A stretch of 59,212 nucleotides of DNA, the filler included, from Sphacelaria rigidula (Eukaryota), in the NCBI GenBank assembly GCA_964200075.2. It is 5 parts of 5 records of this genome, joined end to end, with 100 filler letters (N's around TTAATTAATTAA, not from the genome) between each part and the next. Parts side by side here need not be neighbours in the genome. Positions count along the whole stretch, not along the records: positions 23,728 to 35,489 come from CAXNAA020004537.1; positions 35,590 to 47,351 come from CAXNAA020004538.1; 3 more parts are not named here. The stretch is one strand, 5' to 3'. Under the pieces are notes generated by a model that was given only the letters and a program-made list of their open reading frames with translations, was not told the DNA's origin and made no database searches. How positions within the stretch are numbered: the stretch's first letter is position 1; each line of letters starts with the position of its first letter. Positions 24,020 through 36,775 of the stretch are shown here, piece after piece. The position numbers and the translations under genes were made by a program.

Positions 24020-25946
24020 TGGGCACGCCTGACCCCCCAAACTGGGCAAAAAAAGTGTCACCGACCAATATCACGAAAATACACGAACATATCGACTTTT
24101 GGCGCTTACCTAGGCTCGTCGGGTAAAATATGCCTAACGTCATCGAAAGAGAACGACATGGATCCAAAACTCATATAGAGAATCCTACCCTTACTTCCGT
24201 TGTTGTTAGTCATATATGGCATGCCACTGCGTAGCTTTTCGTCCACGCTTGCGATACGCTGGAATGCCAGGAGGTTAGTTGGGTTGACCCAACCCAATGC
24301 ACAAGGAGAACCCTCGGGCAAGGGCGGTACATACATTCTCTGAAAAAAGTGAGGCCTTGATAGACCCCAAATCTGCGCCTGTGGCACCGATTTCAGCGAA
24401 AACACGGATGGGATCCGATAAATCAAACGTGTGAGCAGAAGTTCTACATTTTTAGCTGATGAATGACTCGGCCTGTGCAAGCGTATTTGTTGTTCCGTGG
24501 GTATGTCTCTTCATTTCATGAATATGCATGATTTTCATCGGACTCCTAGGATATCGTGTTCCAAGAGGGAATGGAAACAAACCGTCGGTCGTCACCCATC
24601 ACTGCCGATACAACGGACGCGTGTCTTAGGACGGGTTGGTGCACTGAAAGACATGAATGGGGCTTCGGTGCCATGTGGCTTCAGCAAAAGTGGGTTGACG
24701 GCTTTATGCTGCCCTCTGTGTCGGCTTGACGCAGTATAGTTGACCATTCGGGAGGGTAAGTTGATCCATCTTAATTTTATTGTCAACACCGAAATCCGGA
24801 TCTTTTCATGGGAGCTGTGCTTCTAGCATGCTCCTAGCGTGCCCACTAGGCGTTTTTGTCTGAATCGGGGCCTAGGGCAACGATTTGAGGTCTGGCAACG
24901 CACACTTCGCTTAGGGGAACACGTTTCACTCGCCTTGCCCGAGGATTCTCGGTATGCTCTTGTTGTGGTTAGGGTTAGGTTTGGTGTTATAATTTGTTCG
25001 CTTCGCTGCTGCAAGGTCGCAAAGATGATTCTTGTTTTCGTTCGTGCGACTCATAATCATGTCTATAACGGCTGTTGGAGTGTGTTGCCATTGCGGATAC
25101 TGCATGCTCTCTCTTCTTGAACGCCAGCTTGCTCTGTGGCTTTCTTTTCTCCTTCAGTTCAGAGTTTGTCAACACTTGCCGCCAGGTGAGATTAGATACA
25201 AAGCTACGCTATCGATGGTGGCGTGGTGATGACACCGGGTGCAGGAGAACGAGCGCTACTCTTGTCACTATCACAAGCGATGCACAGATGGGGGTAAATA
25301 TCCGCAGACACGGAAAGCCTCTAGAGGTTCGGCCAAAAGTTCAAATTCTACACCTGCCGAACATTCCACACATGCGATGTATCAGCCATCTGCAGTATCA
25401 AGAGTCATTCATTGGGCGTAATCTATTCTGAGGCCCTTGGACAGGGGTGAGGTTTTCGCATGTCGTGGAAACCGGCAAGTGTTGGAGGCGCGGTTTGCGC
25501 TCATAGCCCAAACGGTTGCTCCCATTACTCATCGCCAAGGCGATCGATTGGGATGCGTTTTTTTGCATCATCTGCGCCAAGACTGCAGCTACAAATCCGG
25601 TCGTCGATTTTTTTACCTGATCGGGATTCGAGTTTTATAACAAATTAAGTGAAAAAAACATGGGCTTTTTGGCGATTTTCTCGATCACCACAACTCCTTT
25701 GGTTCCACAATCGTATCAGATTGTAGCTTGGACAAATACACGCCGGTGAGTAGCCCAGGTACGCCGTGGTTCGTAGTCCGGGACGACGAAAATGGGAAAT
25801 CGTCAAGTGGAAACCTCAGTCAAATCACAAGTACTTTGGGGGATTTTACGGCGTGCATAATCAGGGGATGAACGAGATCTCCGGTCTGTTCGTGCTTTTG
25901 GTCGGTGACACTTTCTTTGCCCATTTTGGGGGGTCAGGCGCGCCCA
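24020..25946. mobile_element. Non-autonomous TIR element, about 1.9 kb, TA-flanked
   Basis: TGGGCACGCCTGACCCCCCAAACTGGGCAAAAAAAGTGTCACCGACCAA at 24020 pairs with TTGGTCGGTGACACTTTCTTTGCCCATTTTGGGGGGTCAGGCGCGCCCA ending at 25946. TA is on both sides. No recognisable transposase inside. Confidence 0.7.
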
Positions 25947-26381
25947 TAATAGTAGTGCACCATACACAGCGTTCCACGTGTACCGCCCAAGCGCCAGGAA
26001 CTACTAGTAGCACGACAATCTGGTAACGTTCTCTAGTGTGACTTCATCAGTCAGGAAACCTCTACAGAAATCTCGACTATGCCTCATGCTTCGGCCATCA
26101 CATTCACCAGCCACCACCGAACGCTTAACGCATGATGCCGAGAGGATGAAGCAAAGCACACACAACAACGCTACGAAACGCAGTCTTGCTTCCCATTTTA
26201 GATCTGCCAAACAACTGTCCGTGCCCAATCTTTCGTACACTCTGATTCCAGCCATGTCACCAGTATCGCGCAATATATGAGTGCCAATTGCATAGGATAC
26301 TCTTATTCTTCAGCCCTGAACTAGAAAACTACCTACTGCAAACGAACGAGGTGAGCGTAGTCACCAGCATTTGTTGTGGCT

Positions 26382-26627
26382 TGTGACGAAAATACGCCGT
26401 TACGTTGAGTTGGTGGTGATGATATGGATAATGGCCGTTGGTAATGATGACCTGGATAATGACGGGGGACACTTGGTTGGTACCCTGGCGTGTCTAGGAG
26501 GTTCCTACGAGGGCACTCCTGAATGATGAGAGTGTTGCAAAGGCTGACAACTGAAACTGAGGCCAGTAAGACTGGGGAGTTCCTCAACAGCAGTGATCCC
26601 CCAGTCCTTCTTCTGGCTGGCGTCACA
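26382..26627 (+). repeat. 5' LTR (246 bp)
   Basis: TGTGACG...CGTCACA termini; direct repeat of 32001-32218 with one extra internal segment of about 28 bp. Confidence 0.95.
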
Positions 26628-29600
26628 ATATCGATATCAGTGCTAGTGTTAGTGCTAGAAACCTGCTGGAAAGGATTCCCGTAGGAGTCTGGTATGTGTA
26701 AAAACCTGATACACCACGGACGCGTGGAGAGGGTTCCAGCTGAGGCAGCTGCAGAAAGGCGGCTGGCCTGTGATTGATCCAGACTGGAGCCTAGCTGAAG
26801 CTGCGTGCAGCGGGAGTTTGGAGGCTCCTACGACTGTGTGGTGCGGCGACGAAGCAAGGAGAGTGTGCAATTCGCGAAAGTCCGCTGCCTTGTAAGACTT
26901 CGCAGGTGGCCGATTGCAGCTATGGCGACCGGTTCGCGAAATACGTTCAGCGTGACGCCCGTGGTCATGCAGGAAGAGTTACGACCTCCCCGATACGGGG
27001 ATAGGTACTCAGACAGTGCATCTCGCACTTTTTACACGAGGTATTTGGGATACAAGAAGCGTGTGGAGCACGCTAATGCAGGGGGTACCGTGCGGCATCA
27101 GGTGGTGACAATGGCTCAACAAGTGCCAACTCATCTACAGAGAGTGTTCGCTCGTTTGGAACATAATGAGAGCACTATCACCCCGCCGCAATTGGTTGTG
27201 GCGATCAAAAGCATGCTGGGCATGCGGCGGGCGCCGAGGAAGATCTGACCCAAGCGTCCGCGGCCGTGGCGAAAGCTGTCGCCCTGGATTCTCGGGGGAA
27301 AACGATGTTGGAGCGGGTGGAGCCCATCCTGTCAAATTTGGAGAGGTACTTCACGGAAGATCCGAACGTGGAACTAGTATATCGCTCCCCCGATGGTGAG
27401 TTCATTCCCGGCCCGGCTGCAGTAATCACTACGGCTTTGGTGGGGGGTTGGCACCGGAAAATTTCAAGCAAGCCGTGCTTGTCAAGCTGCAGCACCAAAC
27501 AGACTGGAAGGCCGACCCATACCTAGTGATGGGCACCGTCGTGGCCGAGGCCAAGGAGTGGCGGGAAATAGAGGTGTTCGGCCAGTCATCCACCTCTTCG
27601 CCGAAATCTTTGCGCAACCTTGGCTCGAAATCGGCTGGTCGCGCCGCGAGTATTACTTGCCACCGCTGTGGCCAGGTCGGCCATTACGCGCGCGATCGCT
27701 CATCGTCTTCCGGTGGAGAGCCTGAGCAGTCTCATGCCGCGCGCCATCAGCAATATCAGCACAAGGGCAAAAGACCATGTAGTCGGGGTGGTGGCCGCGG
27801 TGGATCCTCCGGCGATGGAGGGTCGTAGTCGAGCCCTCAGCAGCAGTCACAGCAGGGGCAGCAGCGTCAGCATGGGCCTGGTTCTGGGTCCAGTGCCGCC
27901 GTAGGTGCTGCTGCTCCGCAGCGGGCGGTGCAGGTGGGTCCGACTTCTACAGTGTCGAACACTGCGCCGGCGCCGGTGGTAGCGCCGGTGGCGACACCGG
28001 CAGCAGCGCCATGCGCGACGCCTGTTGATGCGCTGGTCGGAGGGTCGCCAAATTCTTGGTTTGCTGGCTGGGGGACGTACCCGCCGGCGGTACCGTTTGA
28101 ACCTGCCGGGGCGTCTTCGCCGGGGCGTCTTCGCCTGCGCAGCTTGCGCAGCCGTGGCGTCAAGTGGGATTAGCGGCGCATAGGTCGGCGGAAGAAGTAC
28201 CCGTGGAGCTTGCCGACAGATATATCCCTGCGGAGTCATGTCTTCCGAATCAGCGGCAGTGGAGCCATTGTGGTTCGGTCTGTGTTGGATTCTGGCGCCC
28301 ATTTCACTAGTCTGCCGGTGCAGATGGTCGAAATGCTGGAGGGTCAACTCCCGCGTGTGCCGCTGCGCATCCCGTTTTCGTTCGGGGCGCGGCAGGCAGT
28401 CACCGCGTCGGGTCAGCATGTTGCCGTCACGGAGCGTACTGTTCCATTGCAGCTAGCTTTGAAGACTGCTTGGAGGCTGGCGCCGTTGCCTCCGATTTCG
28501 TTCGTGATTATGCCAGGGTTATTCTTCCGGGGTTGCCGACGCCACAGGATCAAGGAGTCGATCCGTATGAGCGGTTGAAGGACTCCATCAACGCGGATGT
28601 CTCCGCCTGGTCCGCACGTGGAGACGCCCGCCTTTTTGGGCAGCCGTCGCGTGAGCTTGTCGGTGGATGCTTTTCAAAAGGGTGGGGGGCAGGTGACCGA
28701 GGAGCGGGATGCGGCGGTGGAACGCTTAGTAGAGCGCGGCCCGGACATGTTCATGGACCCGGCACAAGAGGAGTCCGCTCGGAAGGTCGCGCTGGAGGAC
28801 AGCGTGACGGATGCTGTGGCGAAAGGCCTCAGCGTACCCAAAGCGGAACGCCTGCGCGGCATCTTGCGTTGCCGTGTCAACGCGTTTTGTCGTGCGCTGC
28901 GGGGTGATCCCGCTGCGCGCGTAGAGCCCATGCGTGTTCAGCTGAAACCTGGGGCATCCGCGGTGAAGGCGAAGCCGCGGCGGTACGATCCGGTGAAGTC
29001 GAGCTGGTTGGCGTCGTGCATGCCGGGACTTTTGGCGCTTGGGTTGGTGTTACGGACCCTGCAGACGGTATGGTCCAGTCCGGCGATGGTGGTTCCCAAG
29101 AAAGAATCTTTTTGCCTGGTAAGCGACTACAAGGCCGAAAATGATCAGGTTGAGAAGTCGCCGGGTGTGATGCCCAATCAAGAGTCGGACATGCGTGAGC
29201 TCTGGAGTGCTCGTCTTTTTGGCAAGTTGGACCTCCTCCAAGGTTATTGGCAGATGCCGTTGGCGGAGGAGGCGCAGGATATTTTCACAATCACGACCCC
29301 GTTAGGCTTGTTCACCCCGAAGCGAGCGCCGCGAGGCGTGTTGAATGCCACGGCATATTCTCAAGGTATAATGACAGAACTGCTTGTCGGCTTGAAATGC
29401 AAGACATGGGTGGATGATGTGTTTTTTTTCGCGGACACGGGAGACGAACTTTTAGACCCGCTTGATGCTATATTGGCTCGTTTAGAGAATGTTGCTTTGT
29501 TTGCGGCGGCGCACAAATGCATTTTCTTCGCTAGTGAACTCGTGTGGTGTGGGGAAGTGTACTCACACGGACGCGTATCTCATGACCCTATCAGATTTCA

Positions 29601-32000
29601 AGGCTTGTCTGACATGCGGCGCCCGGAGACTGCCGCAGAACTCATGCAATTCCTGCAGGCCGCGAATTAGCTGCGTACCTCATTGCCGCGTATGGCAGAA
29701 ACCGTATCTCCCTTGCGTTTCTTCCTTGAAGAACGCATGGCGGGTGCTGCGAGGCGGACGAAGGGGGTTGCAAAAAACCGCGCTATTCTGCCTGCATCGT
29801 GGACGGAGGGCAGGTTGCAGGCGTGGGCGGCAGCGAAAGATCTGGTAGCTCACGCCGTGACGCTGTTCCATCCTCGTCCTGATCGTCAGGTGCTCATGTT
29901 TCCGGATGCATCTGAGTGCTATCGGGGAAGTTTCGTTACGCAGGAGCCTAAGGCGGAAATGCAAAGACGCCTGCCAGTTGAGGATATGACGCATGAACCG
30001 CTGGCTTTCCTCACTGGTAATTTCAAGGGTTCGCAATGGCGATGGGACACAACTGAAAAGGAAGGTTTTGCTATCGTAAGCACTTTTCGTCGTTTGGGGC
30101 ATTTTTTGTAGGATGGCGTGCACATTTTCACGGATCACCAAAATCTCGTGTATACTTTCAACCCGGGAGCGTGCGTTACGTCTGGGTCAAAGGCATTGAC
30201 ACAATGTTTGAAGGGTTGGAAAGCTGTTCTTGGCCAGTATCGTTACCCGATTTTCCATATTTCGGGTGACCGTAACGCGTGGAGTGACTTGCTTCCGCGT
30301 TGGGTGAATATTCCAGCTTAGCCTGTGCGCGCTGTGGCTGTGTATGGTCCGTGTGAACCTGATGACTCGATGTCGTCCAATCCTGTTGTCCGGGAAGCAC
30401 AACGAAAGACCTTGGGGCCGAGGATGCGGATGTGCAACCTTCCGAGTCGGACGTTGGCACTGCTATCTTGGACAATGAAGGTCTGTTTCGTGTGCATGTG
30501 CGTGGCCGAAACGTTTTCTGGATTCCGAGTTCTGACAAGCAGTTGCAGCTACGTCTGATGATTTGCACGCACATGCGCGACGCCGGGCATCGTGGTGTGG
30601 GTGCGACGCTCGTGCGCTTGCAAGAGTTTTTTGTGTCTAGCAGGGGATATAAATTCATGTGCGCGAACTTGTCCGCCAGTATCCTCACTGTGCTGACTCG
30701 AGGGCGGGCGATGTTGTTCCTCGCCCGCTCGGCGAAATGGCCCATGGGACCACGCCGAATGAATTCGTTCATTTTGACTTCTTGTACGTGGGCGAGAGTG
30801 GCCCGCTAGCTTCCCAAGAATCGTCGGAGGATGCTAGGTTTCGATACATTTTGGTAATCATGGATGATTTGAGCAACTTCATGTCTCTGGAACCAGTAGC
30901 AGTGTGTACTGCTGAATCGACTGCTGCATCTTCGCTGAATTGGTGCAAAATTTTGGGGGTGCCGCGTGTATGGGTGAGTGATACCGCCACGCATTTCAAG
31001 AATGCGATCTTGGCCCGATTGCAAGAGGCTTTGCGCGGTGATCATTAGTTTGCGGTAGCGTTTCCTCTGTGGTCTAACGGCACGTGCGAACGCATGGTCA
31101 AGGAAGTAGTTCGTGCTCTACGCTCTATTCTCCTCGAGCAGCGTAAGAGTGGTTTCTGAGGGGGTGGACGTCTTGCCTGCGGTGCAATGGGCACTCAATA
31201 CAGCGTACCGTCGTCGTTACGATAGTACGCTGTACCACGTGATGTTTGATCGTGCCCCTCGGACGTCTTTCTCGGTGCTGGCGTCTTCGTCGGCAGGGGA
31301 ATAGCAATGTGATGTTGTAGACGATGTTCAAATTAAGCGTGCACTGCACGGAGTCTTGGACTTGCAAGAACGTTCCCGCGTTCAAGTGCAGGAACGTGTT
31401 GCCGCTGAACGTACGCGTAGACCTGAGGGGTCCTCGTCGGGGTTGGCACTGCTGAATTTTGAGGTAGGCGACTTTGTCTTGTATGCACGCGTGCGTCGTC
31501 CGGGTGGTACGCCCAAGTTGATGGCGACGTGGACTGGTCCATGGAGAGTGGTTGGTGCTCACTACGCGCACGTGTTTGAGATTCAGAATATTGTTTTGGG
31601 TCGTGTTCAGACCGCCCATGTAGCTCGTTTGCGTTTTTATGCAGACTCGCAGCCTAATGTTACGGCTGACATTAAGGACGTGTGCCAGCATGCGTCCAAT
31701 CAGGGACAATTTCAGATGGCTGGTATGATTCGAGTGGCAGAAGCAGACGATCGTTCGTTGATCGTGTTGGTCTACTGGGTTGGTTTCGAAGTTGAGGAGC
31801 GTACGAAGAGCCTTTCAAGGACATTTCTGACGCCGCTCCGGGATTTCTTACGAAGGAGTTGCGTAAATTGCGCGTGACTCGCGTCGTTACTGCTCGCACT
31901 TCGAGTGAGTTTGGTATTCCGTTGTGACTTACTCATCGTTTTGACGTTTTCAATGTGTCAAGCTTGTTGATCGATCTCGTCCAACGCGCTTTGGGGGTGC

Positions 32001-32218
32001 TGTGACGAAAGTACGCCGTTACATCGGGTTGGTAGTGATGATCTGGATAATGACGGGGGGCACCTGGTTGATACCCTGGCGTGTCTACGAGGTTGTGCCT
32101 ACGAGGGTACTCCTGAATAATGAGAGTGTTGTGAAGGTTAACAACTAAAACTGAGACCAGTAAGACTGGGGAGTCCCTCAACAGCAGTGATCCACCAGTT
32201 CTTCTGGCTGGCGTCACA
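32001..32218 (+). repeat. 3' LTR (218 bp)
   Basis: TGTGACG...CGTCACA termini; preceded only by a short GGGGG tract as a weak PPT. Confidence 0.95.
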
Positions 32219-32222
32219 GGCT

Positions 32223-34040
32223 GCCCCTGCGGTGTACTTGTACCCCTCGCTCCACTGAATACGAGACGGCATCACTAGCGTTGGCCACTGCCTTACTCGT
32301 CTTCATGGCGTCAATGGCGGGCCACACGGTGCGCAAAAACAACAGAGTCTCGACATTCTCCGCCTCTAACCTATTGCGCTTTTTCGTGACGACAAGTCCT
32401 GCCAGGGAGAATAGACGCTAGACGGTCCGACTGGGCCGAGGATGCCGGGATAGCAAGCACCCGGCGAGCGAGCTTGGCCACCAGCGGAAGAGCACGCTCA
32501 TTCTTCTTCTACCAGGGAAGAGGATCATTCAGGATCATCGTCACAACCCCTTTCTTGTTCTTCTCCACGGTAATGGTGACCCCCTCCATCTTCCTCAACG
32601 CGTTTACCTGTCAGTGACGGCGTAATATGGGAACGAGTTATCAGCCTTCAGTGTACTGAGAATATGTAGACCGTCACCAGCAAGGCTACCCAGACTATCC
32701 CAACAGTGAAGAAGAAGAAAGAAGAACATAACCACAAGAAAGGCAGCAGATGTGTGTAGTGTAGCGCACTAGCGCAAGCATATTATACGACTGGTTGGAG
32801 ACGTGGCTGCTGAAGACGCCATTTGCATTCGTACTCGATATACTTCTTTGCCAACAAGGAAACTCGCAAGGACTTTCCACCGAATCGACAACGAAACAAA
32901 TTGAAAATGTCATGAGCGACGGCTAGTTGCCTGTGCGCTTTCGCATAGCATGATTTTTCAAACATGTACAGGTGCACAGGGTTATGGTCGTGGACGCGAA
33001 AAATCAGCGACTGACATGACTGACCTCCAGATTCGCATCGTAGCGCAAGCGCTCGGTATTCTCGCTGGTGGTCTCCACTGGCCCACTGGTGGTCCCCACC
33101 GGTCCACCGCGCGCGCCCGCACTCGTCTGCTTCCCCGCTGAGAAAAAGCCCCCCGAGCTCCTTCCGGATGACTCCGCAGTTTTGCGTCCTTTTGAGCCGG
33201 ACGGAAACGACCCCCTCGCGCCAGCCGCTGCGGCCGCTGGAGCCGCGGCCGCCTTTCTGGCCGTGGCATCCGCAGTGCCCTGCATACCTGCGCTAGCGCC
33301 GTCTCCGATAGCCTCTTGGACCTCCATCTCCTTCACGTCTATCTCCTTTGCCTTAATCTCGTCGACCTGTATTTCGGTGACGGCATCAATCACCATGCCC
33401 CACCCTTTGTCATGCTCGGCCTCAGAAATACCGTAAAGCGTATGGTGCACTCTGGGATCACACGCGGTAGCGAGCGCCTACATCTTCATGAATTCCCCAG
33501 GTTGCCTGCGCTGTCCCTCACGATAGGTAGTAACGTTTGTTCCGTCCCCCAGCGGTCGCTGACGTCCTGCAGCAGAGCGGTCACACACGGCGCCAGCGCC
33601 GCCCTCGCTTCAATCTCGAGCTCAGAAGGTTCTTGGTCCTCATCGCCTCCCGCCAGGACGTAACTTTGCGCGTGCTTTTTCAAGTTGTCGCGGAGATCCT
33701 TCACCAGCAGGATCACGAGGCTGCCGATAACGTAGGCCTCGCCCTCGAGGATGGTCTGCAACCTTGCCTGTGCTTAAAAAACGTGGTCAACCTTCTTCAT
33801 GATGATCCAGTTCAGTTTGGTGACGATCGGCGGCATGTTTTCGTCTTCGAGCTCGTGCAGCTGTATCGCCTCTTTGTTATCAAACAGCCGGGCGTTGGAG
33901 CCGCATGGAGCAGACCATCTCGTTGGCACGTCTTGCAAGCACTTGCAGCGGCTCAATACCGCATTTGATGCGACATTATCTGAGCTTCGCAGCCGCTTGA
34001 CTGAAATTCTTGTGCTGCGGGATCGGGCAATAGACGGCAT
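32223..34040 (-). pseudogene. hAT-superfamily transposase relic
   Basis: Minus-strand fragments QDVPTRWS, TILEGEAYVIGSLV, and the C-terminal hAT dimerisation domain DPLPW*KKNERALPLVAKLARRVLAIPASSAQS...RLFSLAGLVVTKKRNRLEAENVETLLFL at about 32330-32530. Frameshifted. Confidence 0.88.
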
Positions 34041-34129
34041 CTATTGCGGTAGCAATGTAATTCACCGTAATAGACGAGTATATTCTCGATCGTAATGGCT
34101 ATCAACGATGAAATTTCTCCGTCCATTGC

Positions 34130-34770
34130 CGTGACCGTGTGTATTGACACAAGAAATTAAAATCAATTGCTGGTGACCATGTGTATTGACAAGAAACACC
34201 ATAATCTACGGTCACTGACCATTTATGTTGATGGAATTTTGCGGAATCTATCGCGAAGGACCATGTGTATTGACAAGAGTTTTTCATTGCCCATCTCCAT
34301 GCACGACGTGTATCGGTGGCATGAACCAAAATTTATCGTTACCGACAAGTGCACATTGGTGTAATATTTCACACATCACTGCCAGTAAATATGTATATCG
34401 CTGAGAATATTACCCAGTACATTGTTACCAGCAATGGATATGGCCAAATATATGTTGGAATCATTGTTCTCCACAATAGATATCGACCTACCTTCTTCTG
34501 TACATTCTTTGGATGTGCACATCGCGCCTTACAGGGTGGGTGTCAATAATATGTACATGTGCCCATCATTTCCTACAAGTCGACGGCAGAAAACATTGCT
34601 CCTCGCAATGGATACTCATCTATCCTCCTGTGTACAATCTTTGGATGTGCACATCGCGCCTGACAGGGTGGGTGTTGATGATATGTACATGTGCCCATCG
34701 TTTCCTACAGGTCGAGGGCAGAAAAAATTGCTCCCCACAATGGATATTCACCTATCTTCTTGTGTATATT
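34130..34770 (+). repeat. Degenerate tandem repeats (GACCATGTGTATTGAC-containing units plus a 132-bp duplication)
   Basis: GACCRTGTGTATTGAC recurs near 34133, 34175 and 34259; GGATGTGCACATCGCGCC recurs at 34511 and 34643. Confidence 0.75.
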
Positions 34771-35489
34771 CTTGGGGTGGTCCATGTCTGGTCTAGCCAA
34801 CACTGCATTCCGGCGCTTAAGAACTCATTCACCAGCACCATATGCCGTGGATACGAACGAATATATATATTGTTATGTCAGCCCGCAGTAACCCGTGGGT
34901 CAGGCCATGGTCGCATGATAGACGTACCCAAGAAAAGCAAAACTGGAACACTCGTTCAAGAAAATGAAGAAGCAGAAAAAGGCCCGACACGCAGAATCAT
35001 ATTTGCGTCTACAGATAGCGTCTGACAGGGCGCGTGCCGATAGTATGCACATGTTCGGATCATTACCCACAGGTTCATAGCCTTGAATACATTTTCTCGT
35101 CCTCTGTAATGTCAGTATATACAAGGGCACGAAAGGAAAGCGATGGTGCACTTCGTCCTTCGTCCAGGGCATGTCAAAACATGCCATGTCTACAGAAAAA
35201 GGACGTTACATTTTTGACGACCTCAACACGTGCTAACCCCCCACCAAGCACACAACGCAGCAGCATCGCAGTTTGACCACATTCGTCATCCTCCCCATGA
35301 GCGACAACGGTATCCTCCCCATGAGCGACAACAGTGAGCAGAGACCGTCCTCGGCTTCAGGCTGTGACAAAACATTAGTCGCTGGTTCGATTCTCTTCGG
35401 ACGCACTTTCTTTGAAGAAAAAAGAGGAGAGAAAACCTCTGATAAAAAATTGGCCCCAAGGAGAAAAAACCGCAGGAAAAAATTGGCCC

Positions 35490-35589
35490 NNNNNNNNNNN
35501 NNNNNNNNNNNNNNNNNNNNNNNNNNNNNNNNNTTAATTAATTAANNNNNNNNNNNNNNNNNNNNNNNNNNNNNNNNNNNNNNNNNNNN
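35490..35589. other. Artificial scaffold-joining linker
   Basis: N44-TTAATTAATTAA-N44. Confidence 0.97.
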
Positions 35590-35649
35590 TACAATTACGT
35601 CGGGGCGTTTCGGGACATCAGGCTCCAGACAGCTGCGGAAGCTGTGCAG

Positions 35650-35968
35650 CCGCGTCGTTGTTGTCTGTTGTTGTGGTTTTCGCTGTTGTTGTGTGCTGCT
35701 GTTCGTCGCTGCCGTGCCGCCGCTGTGTGTTGCTGCTGTTCGCCGCACGACTGTGCTGTTGTTGTGTGCCGTTGTTCGTCACTGCCGTGCCGCCGCTGTG
35801 TGTTGCTGCTGCTCGCCGCACGGCTATGCCGTATTTCTGTGCTGTTGTTCGTCGCTGCCGCGCAGCTGCTGTGTGTCGTTGGTTGTTGCTGCTCTGTGTT
35901 GTTGATGTTGCTGCTGCTGCTGCTGTTGTTGTGGTCTGTTGTCTGTTGTCGCTGTTGTCTATTACTAC

Positions 35969-36007
<39 letters not shown>

Positions 36008-36090
36008 ATGTTGCTGCTGATGCTGCTGTTTCCACCGTGCTTTCTACCACCACCCTGGTTGGCTGTTGTTGTCCCGCTTGTTGTGTTGTT
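35650..36090. repeat. Low-complexity (TGC/TGT)n micro/minisatellite region
   Basis: (GTT)n run at about 35970-36006, (GCT)n runs, and recurring GTTCGTCGCTGCCGTGCCGCCGCTGTGTGTTGCTGCTG units. Confidence 0.9.
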
Positions 36091-36612
36091 TTTGCCTCTA
36101 CCGCCTACTGTCGGCTGTACTTTTCTCGCTCGCTATCGCATCGCATGTTGTCATGTGCACGCGCATTTTTCGCCCTCATGTTCTTTATGAACCTTGCTCC
36201 GATCTGATCGCACAGCAGTTTTTGTTTTGTCATTGTCGGCTGCATTGTATCACCTTCGCCTGATCTACACCTGGTCAGCCATAATATCATCGCTGTACCT
36301 AACCAGCAATGACCGCTGTACCTAACCAGCAATGATCGTGTTCTAGACATTCTCTTCATTATTCCGGTAGTTTTGTTGCAAAAAGAATTGGGACAATCAA
36401 CCCACCATGATCAGTATGTACTTTGTTTCCGGGGTTGCACTTTCATTGTGGCCATGAGGATTTGTGGAATGCACATGCAGTGAAGCTTCCATTATATTTC
36501 GATCTTGTTTGCTTTTCTTTCATCTTACATACTCATATTGTCTGCATCTCCGGGTGTCGCGTCTACCATAACTGTCTTTTGAGCCCCACGATTGTATTTT
36601 GAGTGCTTTATA

Positions 36613-36775
36613 ATTTTGCGCCGCCGTCGTCTTGCTCTTTCGAGCTGCACTTTTTTCATTTCATGTTCTGAAAATTTTGTATTTTATTTTGATTGTCTTA
36701 TCATTTGCGCCGCCGCCATCTTGCTCTTTCGAGCTGCACTATTTTTCATTCCATGTTCTGGTAATTTTGTATTGT
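36613..36775 (+). repeat. Two-copy tandem duplication, about 90-bp period
   Basis: TTTGCGCCGCCG...CTTGCTCTTTCGAGCTGCACT...TTTTCATT.CATGTTCTG occurs twice. Confidence 0.75.

Larger units (their letters stand above)
26382..32218 (+). mobile_element. Full-length but decayed Ty3/Gypsy LTR retrotransposon with a chromodomain-like integrase tail
   Basis: Two LTRs and a 4-bp TSD GGCT (26378-26381, 32219-32222). Gag from 26922 with CHRCGQVGH knuckle; protease VLDSGAHF; RT KLDLLQGYWQ and WVDDV; RNase H FPDAS and TTEKEGFAIV; integrase HMRDAGHRG, HFDFLYVG, VSDTATHF, NGTCERM; GPY/F motif WTGPWRV; chromo-like LVYWVGFEVEE. The PR-RT-RH-INT order defines Ty3/Gypsy. Many stops and frameshifts. Confidence 0.96.

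Noticed and set aside
20600..32218. Tandem pair or cluster of related Gypsy elements
   Set aside because: The two copies lie on different scaffolds separated by an artificial linker at 23628-23727, so their proximity is not biological.
35595..36207. Cys/Leu/Val-rich and Gln/Asn-rich ORFs
   Set aside because: Translations of a (TGC/TGT)n microsatellite at a scaffold edge.
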